Below, piece by piece: positions 21,155 to 29,449 of a DNA stretch of 40,896 bases (its first letter is position 1; each line of letters starts with the position of its first letter). The stretch is from contig JBDRIF010000068.1 of NCBI GenBank assembly GCA_043816125.1, forward strand, positions 1 to 40,896, in the 5' to 3' direction. The notes under the pieces were generated by a model, which saw nothing but the letters and a program-made list of their open reading frames with translations, made no database searches and was not told where the DNA came from. Origin of the DNA: a bacterium. GTDB lineage: Bacteria; Margulisbacteria; WOR-1; O2-12-FULL-45-9. A program made the translations under genes and the position numbers.

Positions 21155-22129
21155 ATGAACAAACAAATCAAATCGATTGCAGTCTTAACAACAGGTGGCG
21201 ATGCGCCGGGGATGAATACAGCAATTAGAGCAGTGGTTAGGACCGGAGTTTATCACGGTCTAAAAGTCTGGGGAGTCAAAAGAGGCTGGTCGGGCTTGAT
21301 TAACGGATTGATCGAAGAGATGAGCCGCCACTCGGTCAGCGATATCGTTAATCGCGGCGGGACAATGCTCCATACCAAACGCTGTCCCGAATTTAGGGAA
21401 AAGGTTAATCGGGCCAAGGCCTACAAAAATATGACCGATAGAGGGATAGACGCCTGTGTTGTTATCGGCGGCGACGGCTCGATGCGGGCTTCCCACCAAT
21501 TCGCACAAGACTTTAAAGTACCGATCAATGTTATTCCAGCTACTATAGATAATGATATTGCCTATACCGATTTTACGATCGGTTTTGACACCGCAGTTAA
21601 CACTGCTTTGGAAGCGATCGATAAGATCAGAGACACTGCACATTCTCACGAACGGCTCTTTGTGATCGAAGTAATGGGGAGACACAACGGTTTTATCGCC
21701 CTCGATGTCGGTTTGTCCGCCGGAGCCGAAGCTATCCTGATCCCGGAGATTAAATATGATATCAACAAACTTATTAAAAACATTAAAGCCGGACAACAGC
21801 TCGGAAAAAACAGCTTTATTATAGTAGTAGCCGAAGGAGCAGGGGATGCTATCGAGATTGGGAAGAAACTCCAGGCTAAGATAAATCTTGAAGTTAGAGT
21901 AACCAAACTCGGTTATATGCAAAGAGGGGGGACACCGACATCCTTTAGCCGAGAATTAGCCTGTAAACTTGGCGCTTCTGCAGTCGAATCACTGATCAAC
22001 GGAAAATCAGGCTATCTTATCGGGGCGATATCGGACAGCGTGCAATTAACCCCATTAACCAAGGTCTTCAAAGCTAAAAAGAAGATCGATATGGAACAGC
22101 TCCGGATCGCCGAGATGTTGGCTTCATAA
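21155..22129 (+). CDS. pfkA: ATP-dependent 6-phosphofructokinase
   Basis: 324 aa with TTGGDAPGMNTAIR, GGDGS (the Gly characteristic of ATP-dependent enzymes), ATIDND and MGRHNG. Confidence 0.93.
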   Translation: MNKQIKSIAVLTTGGDAPGMNTAIRAVVRTGVYHGLKVWGVKRGWSGLINGLIEEMSRHSVSDIVNRGGTMLHTKRCPEFREKVNRAKAYKNMTDRGIDACVVIGGDGSMRASHQFAQDFKVPINVIPATIDNDIAYTDFTIGFDTAVNTALEAIDKIRDTAHSHERLFVIEVMGRHNGFIALDVGLSAGAEAILIPEIKYDINKLIKNIKAGQQLGKNSFIIVVAEGAGDAIEIGKKLQAKINLEVRVTKLGYMQRGGTPTSFSRELACKLGASAVESLINGKSGYLIGAISDSVQLTPLTKVFKAKKKIDMEQLRIAEMLAS

Positions 22130-22174
22130 TCCTCACCCCGGTATAACTTTAATTGATTACAGTTCCTCAATTGT

Positions 22175-22201
22175 CCCCTCTCCATTAAAAATGGAGAGGG
22201 G
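22175..22201. repeat. palindromic element 1 (CCCCTCTCCAT-N5-ATGGAGAGGGG) between the convergent PFK genes
   Basis: A perfect 11-bp stem with a 5-nt loop and no flanking T-tract. It is a near-copy of the element at 22242. Confidence 0.7.
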
Positions 22202-22228
22202 AGAGGCTATCGAAACAGGAAAATCAAG

Positions 22229-22268
22229 AAAAAAAACTCAACCCTTCTCCATCAAAGATGGAGAAGGG
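22229..22268 (-). terminator. palindromic element 2 acting as the intrinsic terminator of pfp
   Basis: CCCTTCTCCAT-N5-ATGGAGAAGGG is a perfect 11-bp stem. On the minus strand it is followed by TTGAGTTTTTTTT. Confidence 0.6.
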
Positions 22269-22312
22269 CGGTTAAGATAAACTAGGCAATTGAGAAAAAC
22301 CTGGGATGAGGT

Positions 22313-23518
22313 TTAATAAAAATCTACAGCATTCCTCATCTTGAATAGCTGGTGAGATTCTTCGACAAACTTGCCGCCTTTAACTTCTAAAAGATCGCTG
22401 GCAATAATATCGTCACCTTTAAGTCCTGGATAAACACCAAACTTGCCGGCTGCCATGAAGTCAAAGATCGCGTCGCCATAGCGGAGACCCAAGATCCGGT
22501 CTGACACATGAGCAACACCACCACGGATAGCGTGTCCACAGTTTTGCAGTCTTAAAGGAACTTCTGGCGCGTGTTGAGAGATCAAAGCATGGAAGTACTC
22601 ACCAATGCCACCTAACTGTTCATTGCCAAAAGAATCCATTTTCTTCGGCAGCTCATGACGAGCCTTGACTAAAGCATGTTTCGGATTGGCAATAACCGCA
22701 GCCAACAGCTTTTTATTGCTCTCATTAACTTCTTTGGGGTAGCTGTTATGAAACAAGCGAGCTCCTTCGGAAACAACAACAGTACAATAATTCTGATAAG
22801 CCATCGCCTTTTTAATCTTGTCGATCACAACTTTAACATCAACAACTTCTTCGGGCAGAATTGTAATATCAGCTCCGCCAGCAATCCCGGCATACAGCGC
22901 AACCCAACCGGCATGGCGCCCCATAACCTCGATGACAAAACAACGGTTGTGAGAGCGGGCAGTCGTCATGATATTTTCAACAAAGTGGACACTTTCAATA
23001 ACGGCCGAATCAAAACCATAGGTCTTGTCGGTCCCGATCACGTCGTTATCCATCGTCTTGGGAGCGCCAAACATCGGAAAGGAGTACTGTTTGCCCAGTT
23101 TTCCGGCAGCACCAAGAGTATCGTCACCACCCAGAACGACTAAACAATCGAGCCCCAAAGCTTTTAAATTCTCCATCGCCTTTTCAGGAGCTTTCTTGGC
23201 GACATTTTCCTTAGAAAAGAGGTTGGTGCGGGATGATTTGATGATCGTACCGGCAACTTTGTAAGAATCCTGGAGATCAGCGGTTGAAAGTTTTCGCATA
23301 AACTTGTCTTTGTCTTTCGGATCCAAAGTCAAAGCCTTCCAGCCTTCCAATAACCCCCAAAGCTCCATCTGTTCATCTTTGGGCAAAGTCCTATTCGCCG
23401 CATTGATCCGTTTTAACAGACCATATATAACCGCGTTGTGTCCGGCACAGTCGCCACCACCGGTCAGGATTCCTATCTTTTTGATATTGATCTCTTTTCC
23501 TTGGAATTTTGTCTTCAT
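22313..23518 (-). CDS. pfp: 6-phosphofructokinase, predicted pyrophosphate-dependent
   Basis: 401 aa with GGGDCAGHNAVI, GGDDT (Asp in place of the ATP-type Gly), PKTMDND (Lys in place of Gly) and MGRHAGW. Confidence 0.85.
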   Translation of the reverse strand: MKTKFQGKEINIKKIGILTGGGDCAGHNAVIYGLLKRINAANRTLPKDEQMELWGLLEGWKALTLDPKDKDKFMRKLSTADLQDSYKVAGTIIKSSRTNLFSKENVAKKAPEKAMENLKALGLDCLVVLGGDDTLGAAGKLGKQYSFPMFGAPKTMDNDVIGTDKTYGFDSAVIESVHFVENIMTTARSHNRCFVIEVMGRHAGWVALYAGIAGGADITILPEEVVDVKVVIDKIKKAMAYQNYCTVVVSEGARLFHNSYPKEVNESNKKLLAAVIANPKHALVKARHELPKKMDSFGNEQLGGIGEYFHALISQHAPEVPLRLQNCGHAIRGGVAHVSDRILGLRYGDAIFDFMAAGKFGVYPGLKGDDIIASDLLEVKGGKFVEESHQLFKMRNAVDFY

Positions 23519-23522
23519 GATT

Positions 23523-24497
23523 CTACGCCTTCCCAGCCGATCCTAACACGTTGGTGTTTTTGGCCACGATCAGCTTCTTTAGTTCATCGCGAGCAGGGCC
23601 CAAATATTTACGAGGATCAAACTCTGACGGTTTCTCCGCAAACACTTTTCGGATAACACCGGTCATAACCAAACGGCCGTCGCTGTCGATATTGATTTTG
23701 CAAACAGCAGACTTAGCCGCTTTTCTTAATTGCTCTTCAGGAACACCGACAGCTCCTTTCATCGCACCGCCAAATTTGTTGATCATCTCCACATATTCCT
23801 GAACTACAGAAGAAGCACCGTGGAGCACAATCGGGAAGCCAGGTAATCGTTTTTCACATTCTTCCAAAATATCAAAGCGGAGTGGGGGGACAGGTTTCCC
23901 AGGTTTAAACTTGTAAGCACCATGTGAAGTTCCAATCGAGATAGCCAAAGAATCGACGCCAGTCCTCTTTACAAAGTCTTCAACTTGATCCGGTTCCGTA
24001 TAAGTATGTTTTTCGGCGGAGACCTCATCTTCGATTCCAGCTAAAATACCCAACTCACCTTCGACAGTAACATCAAATTTATGAGCGTATTCAACAACTT
24101 TCTTGGTCTCTTCAATATTCTTTTCGTAAGGGTGGTGCGAACCATCGATCATGACAGAAGAGAAACCCATATCGACACAAGATTTGCACAATTCAAAAGT
24201 ATCACCATGATCCAAGTGAAGAACGATTGGGATATTGCTCTTAAGATCATTTCTCGCCATTTCAACTGCACCTTTAGCCATATGCTTCAGCAAGGTCTGA
24301 TTGGCATATTTTCTGGCGCCGCTGGAAACCTGGAGGATAACAGGCGAATTGCTCTCCGCACACCCCATAATGATCGCCTGCAGCTGCTCCATATTATTAA
24401 AATTGTAAGCCGGGATCGCATACTTGCCTTCCATCGCCTTTTTGAACATCTCCTTGGTATTCACTAAACCTAATTCTTCATATAATCTTTTTGTCAT
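23523..24497 (-). CDS. fba: class II fructose-1,6-bisphosphate aldolase
   Basis: 324 aa with class II blocks (AIPAYNFNN, PVILQVS, LHLDHG, VLHGASS). SD AAAGGAGA lies upstream. Confidence 0.93.
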   Translation of the reverse strand: MTKRLYEELGLVNTKEMFKKAMEGKYAIPAYNFNNMEQLQAIIMGCAESNSPVILQVSSGARKYANQTLLKHMAKGAVEMARNDLKSNIPIVLHLDHGDTFELCKSCVDMGFSSVMIDGSHHPYEKNIEETKKVVEYAHKFDVTVEGELGILAGIEDEVSAEKHTYTEPDQVEDFVKRTGVDSLAISIGTSHGAYKFKPGKPVPPLRFDILEECEKRLPGFPIVLHGASSVVQEYVEMINKFGGAMKGAVGVPEEQLRKAAKSAVCKINIDSDGRLVMTGVIRKVFAEKPSEFDPRKYLGPARDELKKLIVAKNTNVLGSAGKA

Positions 24498-24508
24498 TTT
24501 TTTCTCCT

Positions 24509-25246
24509 TTAATATTTTATTAACTGGACAAACGAGTCTACTTTTAAACTCGCGCCGCCGACGAGACCACCGTCGATATCGGGCTGAGCCATCAACTGCT
24601 TAACATTTGCCGGATTAACCGAACCGCCATAAAGAATCCGTACTTTATCAGCAACTTCTTTTGGCAATAATCCTCGGATGAATTTGTGAACTTCTTGAGC
24701 TTGTTCAGGAGAAGCGGTCTTTCCAGTCCCAATCGCCCAAACAGGTTCATAAGCAATTACAATAGAATCCCAATCTGCAGTAGATAATCCTGCAGTCCCT
24801 TCTTTAACTTGAGACTCAACTATTTTCATCGTTTCATTTGCTTCTCTTTGCGCCAGAGTCTCACCGACACAAACAACGGCAGTTAATCCGTGTTTAAGTG
24901 CCGCTTTTGTTCTTTTGTTTACAGTCTCATTTGTTTCACCAAAATATTGCCTTCTTTCGGAGTGACCAATTATCGCGTGAGAACAACCGACAGCTTTGAT
25001 CATCGGGCCAGAGACCTCGGCCGTAAAAGCACCGGCATCTTCCCAGTAAATATTTTGTGCCCCCAAAGAGATATTTGAACCTCTAACAACATCACTAACT
25101 TTTGACAAGCAGACAAAAGTAGGGCAGACTAAAATTTCACGGTCTTTGACATCGGCCACCAGCGGTTTCAACTCCTTAACAAAATCGACAGCTTCAGATT
25201 CCAGTTTCTGCAATTTCCAATTTCCGGCCATAATCGGTTTACGCAT
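24509..25246 (-). CDS. tpiA: triosephosphate isomerase
   Basis: 245 aa with AGNWK, IIGHSERR, AYEPVWAIGTG and YGGSV. SD AAGGAGA lies 7 nt upstream. Confidence 0.95.
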   Translation of the reverse strand: MRKPIMAGNWKLQKLESEAVDFVKELKPLVADVKDREILVCPTFVCLSKVSDVVRGSNISLGAQNIYWEDAGAFTAEVSGPMIKAVGCSHAIIGHSERRQYFGETNETVNKRTKAALKHGLTAVVCVGETLAQREANETMKIVESQVKEGTAGLSTADWDSIVIAYEPVWAIGTGKTASPEQAQEVHKFIRGLLPKEVADKVRILYGGSVNPANVKQLMAQPDIDGGLVGGASLKVDSFVQLIKY

Positions 25247-25268
25247 TAGAACTTCTCCTTTTTAGTCT

Positions 25269-25298
25269 GGAGACTGTGGACTTAAGTCCACAGTCTCC
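25269..25298. promoter_or_regulatory. perfect 13-4-13 palindrome in the tpiA-fba-pfp leader (operator or RNA structure)
   Basis: GGAGACTGTGGAC-TTAA-GTCCACAGTCTCC. It lies between the predicted promoter (25322-25330) and the tpiA SD (25254-25260). There is no U-tract on the transcribed strand. Confidence 0.5.
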
Positions 25299-25321
25299 TT
25301 CTTTTACTTCAACAAGCTGCA

Positions 25322-25330
25322 ATTATAGCA
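25322..25330 (-). promoter_or_regulatory. extended -10 element for the tpiA-fba-pfp operon
   Basis: The minus strand reads TGcTATAAT, about 25 nt upstream of the palindrome. Confidence 0.4.
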
Positions 25331-25355
25331 AAAAGATTCAAGTTAGAAAAGGTGG

Positions 25356-25979
25356 CTATTCTTCAGGCTGAGCAGGCAGGATATAGCGGGTCGACCGGCC
25401 GGCACCTTCCGTCACAACCAATTTCTCGTCAGCTAAAATCGTCAACTCGATATGAGCTGTTTTGTGCGACACATTAAAAGCCTCGCGATAATCACGATTG
25501 GTAATACTCCCGTGCTCCTGCACGATCGCCATCGCTCTGATCTGTCGTTTATTTAAGCCGCGACCAGACCAGGGATTAGTTAATTCTTTGATCTCGTTTT
25601 CCTTCGCCGGTCGGGAGATATTGCCGTCACGGATAAAACAAATCTCATCGGAACGAAAAGGTTTGTCGTCACCTTCGGGCACAGTAATTACGGTAATCTT
25701 ATTTCCACCACGGTCAACAATTTCCACCGTTGGGGAAATGGGGGGGAGACACTTCTTTTTGGCAATATCAAGAACCATATCTTCAAAACGGCTGTCAATG
25801 TTAACTCCGACCAGATGTTTGTTCTTATCATCAATCCCGTAAATGATTTTGCCGCCGTCGGCGTTGGAAAAAGCAACTATATCGCGGGCAATATCTTCGG
25901 GCGGGGGGACTGTTTTTTCAAACTCTATTGTCTGTCCTTCACCTTGGTCAAGTAACGCAATAATTTCAGTCCATTCCAT
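25356..25979 (-). CDS. small AlbA_2 (Schlafen-type DNA-binding) plus winged-helix protein, putative transcriptional regulator
   Basis: 207 aa. The N-terminus matches the AlbA_2 pattern (QTIEFEK, IVAFSNADGGKIIYGIDD). The C-terminus is wHTH-like (GSITNRDYREAFNVSHKTAHIELTILADEKLV). Confidence 0.6.
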   Translation of the reverse strand: MEWTEIIALLDQGEGQTIEFEKTVPPPEDIARDIVAFSNADGGKIIYGIDDKNKHLVGVNIDSRFEDMVLDIAKKKCLPPISPTVEIVDRGGNKITVITVPEGDDKPFRSDEICFIRDGNISRPAKENEIKELTNPWSGRGLNKRQIRAMAIVQEHGSITNRDYREAFNVSHKTAHIELTILADEKLVVTEGAGRSTRYILPAQPEE

Positions 25980-25988
25980 GTCGTGAGT

Positions 25989-25997
25989 ATATTACCA
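25989..25997 (-). promoter_or_regulatory. extended -10 element of the AlbA_2 gene (leaderless architecture)
   Basis: The minus strand reads TGgTAATAT, 9 nt before the ATG at 25979. Confidence 0.45.
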
Positions 25998-25999
25998 TA

Positions 26000-26008
26000 T
26001 GCTATAAT
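26000..26008 (+). promoter_or_regulatory. extended -10 element of comFC (leaderless architecture)
   Basis: Perfect TGcTATAAT, 8 nt before the ATG at 26017. Confidence 0.5.
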
Positions 26009-26016
26009 GCTGTTCA

Positions 26017-26655
26017 ATGAGAAAGTTAGCCGATTCACTTCTAAATCTCATTTTCCCTCCCCGCTGCGAGGTGTGCAAAACCAACAGCCAGGAGATCCTG
26101 TGCCGGCACTGTTTTAGCCAGATAAAATTCATGAAACCGCACCTGGGAGTCCATTGTGTTTCAGCTTATGACGGTGTGATCAAAGAGGCGATTGCCCGGT
26201 TTAAATTTAAAAAGAGAAAACGCTTGCACGAACCACTCGGGATTTTGTTGGTACACTATCTCTCCAGCACCCCTTCACTACAAATGGAGGAGATCGATGT
26301 CATTGTGCCGGTCCCTTTGCATAAGAGTCGACATCAGGAGAGGGGCTTCAACCAGGCCGATTTATTAGCGCAAGTGGTCAGCAAATATCATGCCAAGCCG
26401 GTGGTTCAGGCACTGGAAAGGCACCGACAGACCCAGGCTCAATTTGATCTAAAACGAAACGAAAGATACGAAAATATTCGCGACGCATTTAAAGTAACCA
26501 ATCCTCATCATGTACACGATAAACGGGTTTTGCTGCTCGATGACATTTACACAACGGGCTCAACCATTGCTGAGTGTTCGAGGACGTTGAAACAAGCCGG
26601 AGCCAAGAGGGTTGAGGTTTTGACTCTTTCAAGAGCAATTGAGAATAACTCATAA
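26017..26655 (+). CDS. comFC: ComF family protein (ComFC, phosphoribosyltransferase domain)
   Basis: 212 aa with N-terminal CxxC...CxxC cysteines and the PRTase motif VLLLDDIYTTGSTI. Confidence 0.85.
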   Translation: MRKLADSLLNLIFPPRCEVCKTNSQEILCRHCFSQIKFMKPHLGVHCVSAYDGVIKEAIARFKFKKRKRLHEPLGILLVHYLSSTPSLQMEEIDVIVPVPLHKSRHQERGFNQADLLAQVVSKYHAKPVVQALERHRQTQAQFDLKRNERYENIRDAFKVTNPHHVHDKRVLLLDDIYTTGSTIAECSRTLKQAGAKRVEVLTLSRAIENNS

Positions 26656-26658
26656 GTT

Positions 26659-26667
26659 TGCTAAAAT
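26659..26667 (+). promoter_or_regulatory. extended -10 element upstream of hpf
   Basis: TGcTAAAAT, followed about 11 nt later by SD AAAGGGGG and the ATG at 26692. Confidence 0.4.
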
Positions 26668-26691
26668 AGAGTTACATAAAGGGGGCTCATA

Positions 26692-27051
26692 ATGCAAATA
26701 AAAGTTACAGGCAGAAATATCGATTTAACCCAGGCGATCAAGGATTATGCTTTATCAAAGGCGCAGAAACTCGAAGAATTTTACACTAAGATCCAAAAAG
26801 TCGAAGTAGTTTTAGAAGCAAGGCATATTGACGACCCGGAGAGAACACAAGTCGCGGAATTCCGCGCTTGGCTGGCCGGCAAAAAAGTTGTTCAGGCGAT
26901 CGAAGGGGGCCGGGATATCTATGCGGCAATTGATTTGGCCCTCGCAGAAATTGAAAGACAGATCAAGAAACACAAAGAAAAACATTCCAAAGGGCTAAGA
27001 AGAATCGCCAGCAGAATTAAACATCTATTCCGAGAAAATCTCAACATTTGA
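26692..27051 (+). CDS. hpf: ribosome hibernation promoting factor (short HPF/RaiA type)
   Basis: 119 aa with the typical N-terminus MQIKVTGRNIDLTQAIKDYA and YAAIDLALAEIERQIKKHKEK. Confidence 0.9.
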   Translation: MQIKVTGRNIDLTQAIKDYALSKAQKLEEFYTKIQKVEVVLEARHIDDPERTQVAEFRAWLAGKKVVQAIEGGRDIYAAIDLALAEIERQIKKHKEKHSKGLRRIASRIKHLFRENLNI

Positions 27052-27057
27052 GACCTC

Positions 27058-29433
27058 ATGATTTTTAATTGGCTCTTTAACATTTTCGGCGACTCCGACG
27101 AGAAAAAGCTCAAAGCTTTGGCTCCTCTGGTCGACCGAATCAATCAATTAGAACCGGAAATAAAAAAACTCTCTGATGACGAACTACGTGCCAAAACCGA
27201 AGAATTCAGAAAACGACTAAGTGCCGGAGAGGACTTAGATGGTTTACTGCCCGAAGCATTTGCCGCCGTCCGCGAAGCATCCGTCAGAACAACCGGCATG
27301 CGTCACTTTGATGTCCAGCTATTAGGCGGCATCGTTCTTCATCAAGGGAAAATTGTTGAGATGAAGACAGGTGAAGGAAAAACCTTGGCCGCTACCTTGC
27401 CGGTGTATCTAAACGCCTTATCAGGCAAAGGGGCTCACGTTGTTACTGTCAACGACTACCTGGCCAAACGAGATTCCGAATGGATGGGGCCAATCTACCA
27501 GGCGCTCGGATTAACCGTCGGGGTTATTCAAAACAACATGGATCCTGCCGAAAAGAAGCTGGCTTACAACTGTGACGTAATCTACGGAACCAATAACGAG
27601 TACGGCTTTGATTTTCTGCGTGACAATATGGCCACCTCGGTCGAACAGTGTGTCCAACGGGAACTGAATTTTGCCATTGTCGACGAAGTCGACAGCATTT
27701 TAGTTGACGAAGCAAGAACCCCGCTGATCATTTCGGGGATGATGGAAGATTCGGCCCAAAGTTATCAGAAAGCCGACCAGCTCGCCAAAAATCTGGTTAT
27801 CAACAGTGACTTCATCACCGATAAAAAGACCAAGAACGCGACCTTGTCGGAGATCGGAGTCAAAAAGATCGAGCGGATGCTCGGAATAGAATACTTGTAC
27901 GATCTTAAATATATGGACATCGCCCATCAGATCACCCAGTCATTACGCGCCCGACATATGTTTGATAAGAACGTCGACTATGTTATTAAAGACGGGGAAA
28001 TAATTATTGTTGACGAATTCACCGGACGTTTGATGCAGGGACGGCGCTATTCCGACGGGCTGCATCAGGCGATCGAGGCCAAAGAGAATGTCCAGATCAG
28101 AAACGAATCGCAAACCTTAGCCACTATCACTTTCCAAAATTATTTTCGTTTATTCAATAAACTAGCCGGCATGACCGGGACCGCCAAAACAGAGGAAGCG
28201 GAATTTTGGAAAATTTACGGTCTGGAAGTTCTGATTATTCCGACCAACAAACCGCTGATCAGAGAAGCCTTGCCGGATGTTATCTACAAGAATAAACGGG
28301 CAAAATTTAAGGCGGTAGTCGATGAAATCGCCACCGAGCACAAAAGAGGGCGCCCCTTATTAGTCGGCACGATCTCGATCGAAAACTCCGAGCTCCTGTC
28401 ACAAATGTTAAAACGCCGCGGGATCCAACATAATGTCCTTAATGCCAAACAACACGCCAGAGAGGCAGAAATAATCGCCAAAGCTGGACAAAAAGGGAAT
28501 GTGATCATCTCGACCAACATGGCCGGTCGCGGTACAGACATCAAGCTCGGTGAAGGGGTCAAAGAGCTCGGTGGCTTACTCGTTTTGGGGACCGAACGGC
28601 ACGAAAGTCGCCGGATCGATAATCAATTGCGCGGTCGTTCGGGCCGCCAGGGAGATCCGGGAGCATCCAGATTCTATGTTTCTTTAGAGGACGATCTGAT
28701 GAAACTTTTTGGTTCAAACCGCATTGCCAGTATGATGGATCGCTTGGGGATCGAGGAAGATACCCCGATAGAACATCGGATGATCTCCAACGCCATTGAA
28801 CGGGCGCAAAAGAAAGTTGAAGAATACCATTTTGGAATCAGAAAACAGGTTTTGGAATTTGATAACGTCATGACCAAACAGAGAGAAACGATTTATGACT
28901 TGAGACGAAAGATTCTCAAAGCCGATAATTTAAAAGCAAAGATTCACGAAATGATGGGACAGATAGCCGAAGATCCGACAGAATTGAAACAAGCTTATGA
29001 AGAGCACGAACAAGAGGTCGGCTCCGATAATATGCGTGAGATCGAAAGGCTCGTCATGCTCCAGGTTATTGATAAAGCCTGGATCGATCAGTTACATAAC
29101 ATGGATACTTTGCGGGAAGGGATCGGTCTGCGCGGCATGGGTGGTCGCGATCCGCTGGTTGAATACAAGATGGAAGGATATAAGATGTTTCAGGCGATGA
29201 TGCAGGGGGTGAGGGAAGAGGTTGTCGACATGTTATTAAAGGTTCAGTTGGCGGAACCAAAAATTGAAACGCCTAGACCAAAAGCGATCAGTTACGGTGC
29301 GCCACAGCCGCCGTCTCAAAAACCTGCCACTACAAAAGTTGTTAGTATTGGCCGCAACGATCCGTGTCCGTGTGGTTCGGGCAAGAAATACAAGAAATGC
29401 TGTTTGCGAAAAGAGAGTAGCGGCGACCTTTAG
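27058..29433 (+). CDS. secA: preprotein translocase ATPase SecA
   Basis: 791 aa with the DEAD-like motor motifs ([38 protein letters not shown]) and a C-terminal Zn motif ([13 protein letters not shown]). Confidence 0.98.
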   Translation: MIFNWLFNIFGDSDEKKLKALAPLVDRINQLEPEIKKLSDDELRAKTEEFRKRLSAGEDLDGLLPEAFAAVREASVRTTGMRHFDVQLLGGIVLHQGKIVEMKTGEGKTLAATLPVYLNALSGKGAHVVTVNDYLAKRDSEWMGPIYQALGLTVGVIQNNMDPAEKKLAYNCDVIYGTNNEYGFDFLRDNMATSVEQCVQRELNFAIVDEVDSILVDEARTPLIISGMMEDSAQSYQKADQLAKNLVINSDFITDKKTKNATLSEIGVKKIERMLGIEYLYDLKYMDIAHQITQSLRARHMFDKNVDYVIKDGEIIIVDEFTGRLMQGRRYSDGLHQAIEAKENVQIRNESQTLATITFQNYFRLFNKLAGMTGTAKTEEAEFWKIYGLEVLIIPTNKPLIREALPDVIYKNKRAKFKAVVDEIATEHKRGRPLLVGTISIENSELLSQMLKRRGIQHNVLNAKQHAREAEIIAKAGQKGNVIISTNMAGRGTDIKLGEGVKELGGLLVLGTERHESRRIDNQLRGRSGRQGDPGASRFYVSLEDDLMKLFGSNRIASMMDRLGIEEDTPIEHRMISNAIERAQKKVEEYHFGIRKQVLEFDNVMTKQRETIYDLRRKILKADNLKAKIHEMMGQIAEDPTELKQAYEEHEQEVGSDNMREIERLVMLQVIDKAWIDQLHNMDTLREGIGLRGMGGRDPLVEYKMEGYKMFQAMMQGVREEVVDMLLKVQLAEPKIETPRPKAISYGAPQPPSQKPATTKVVSIGRNDPCPCGSGKKYKKCCLRKESSGDL

Positions 29434-29449
29434 GTCGCCACAATAATCT

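Noticed and set aside
21260-21922. 220-aa ORF on the minus strand
   Set aside because: It lies entirely antisense to the well-supported pfkA gene, shows no family resemblance and has no SD. The same reasoning applies to other long antisense ORFs in the track: 4900-5421, 36011-36550, 1663-2115, 6527-6973, 22676-23143, 24081-24467 and 11053-11442.
25269-25298. A GTG-initiated 9-codon mini-ORF inside the tpiA leader palindrome, ending at the TAA just before the tpiA SD
   Set aside because: The SD-like AAGGAGA is only 2-3 nt from the GTG, too close for initiation. The palindrome itself explains the sequence.
25356-25979. The AlbA_2 (Schlafen-like) domain protein as a possible anti-phage defence gene
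   Set aside because: It is only 207 aa with a wHTH tail, has no nuclease, ATPase or partner genes, and sits between housekeeping operons. A small DNA-binding regulator is the simpler reading.
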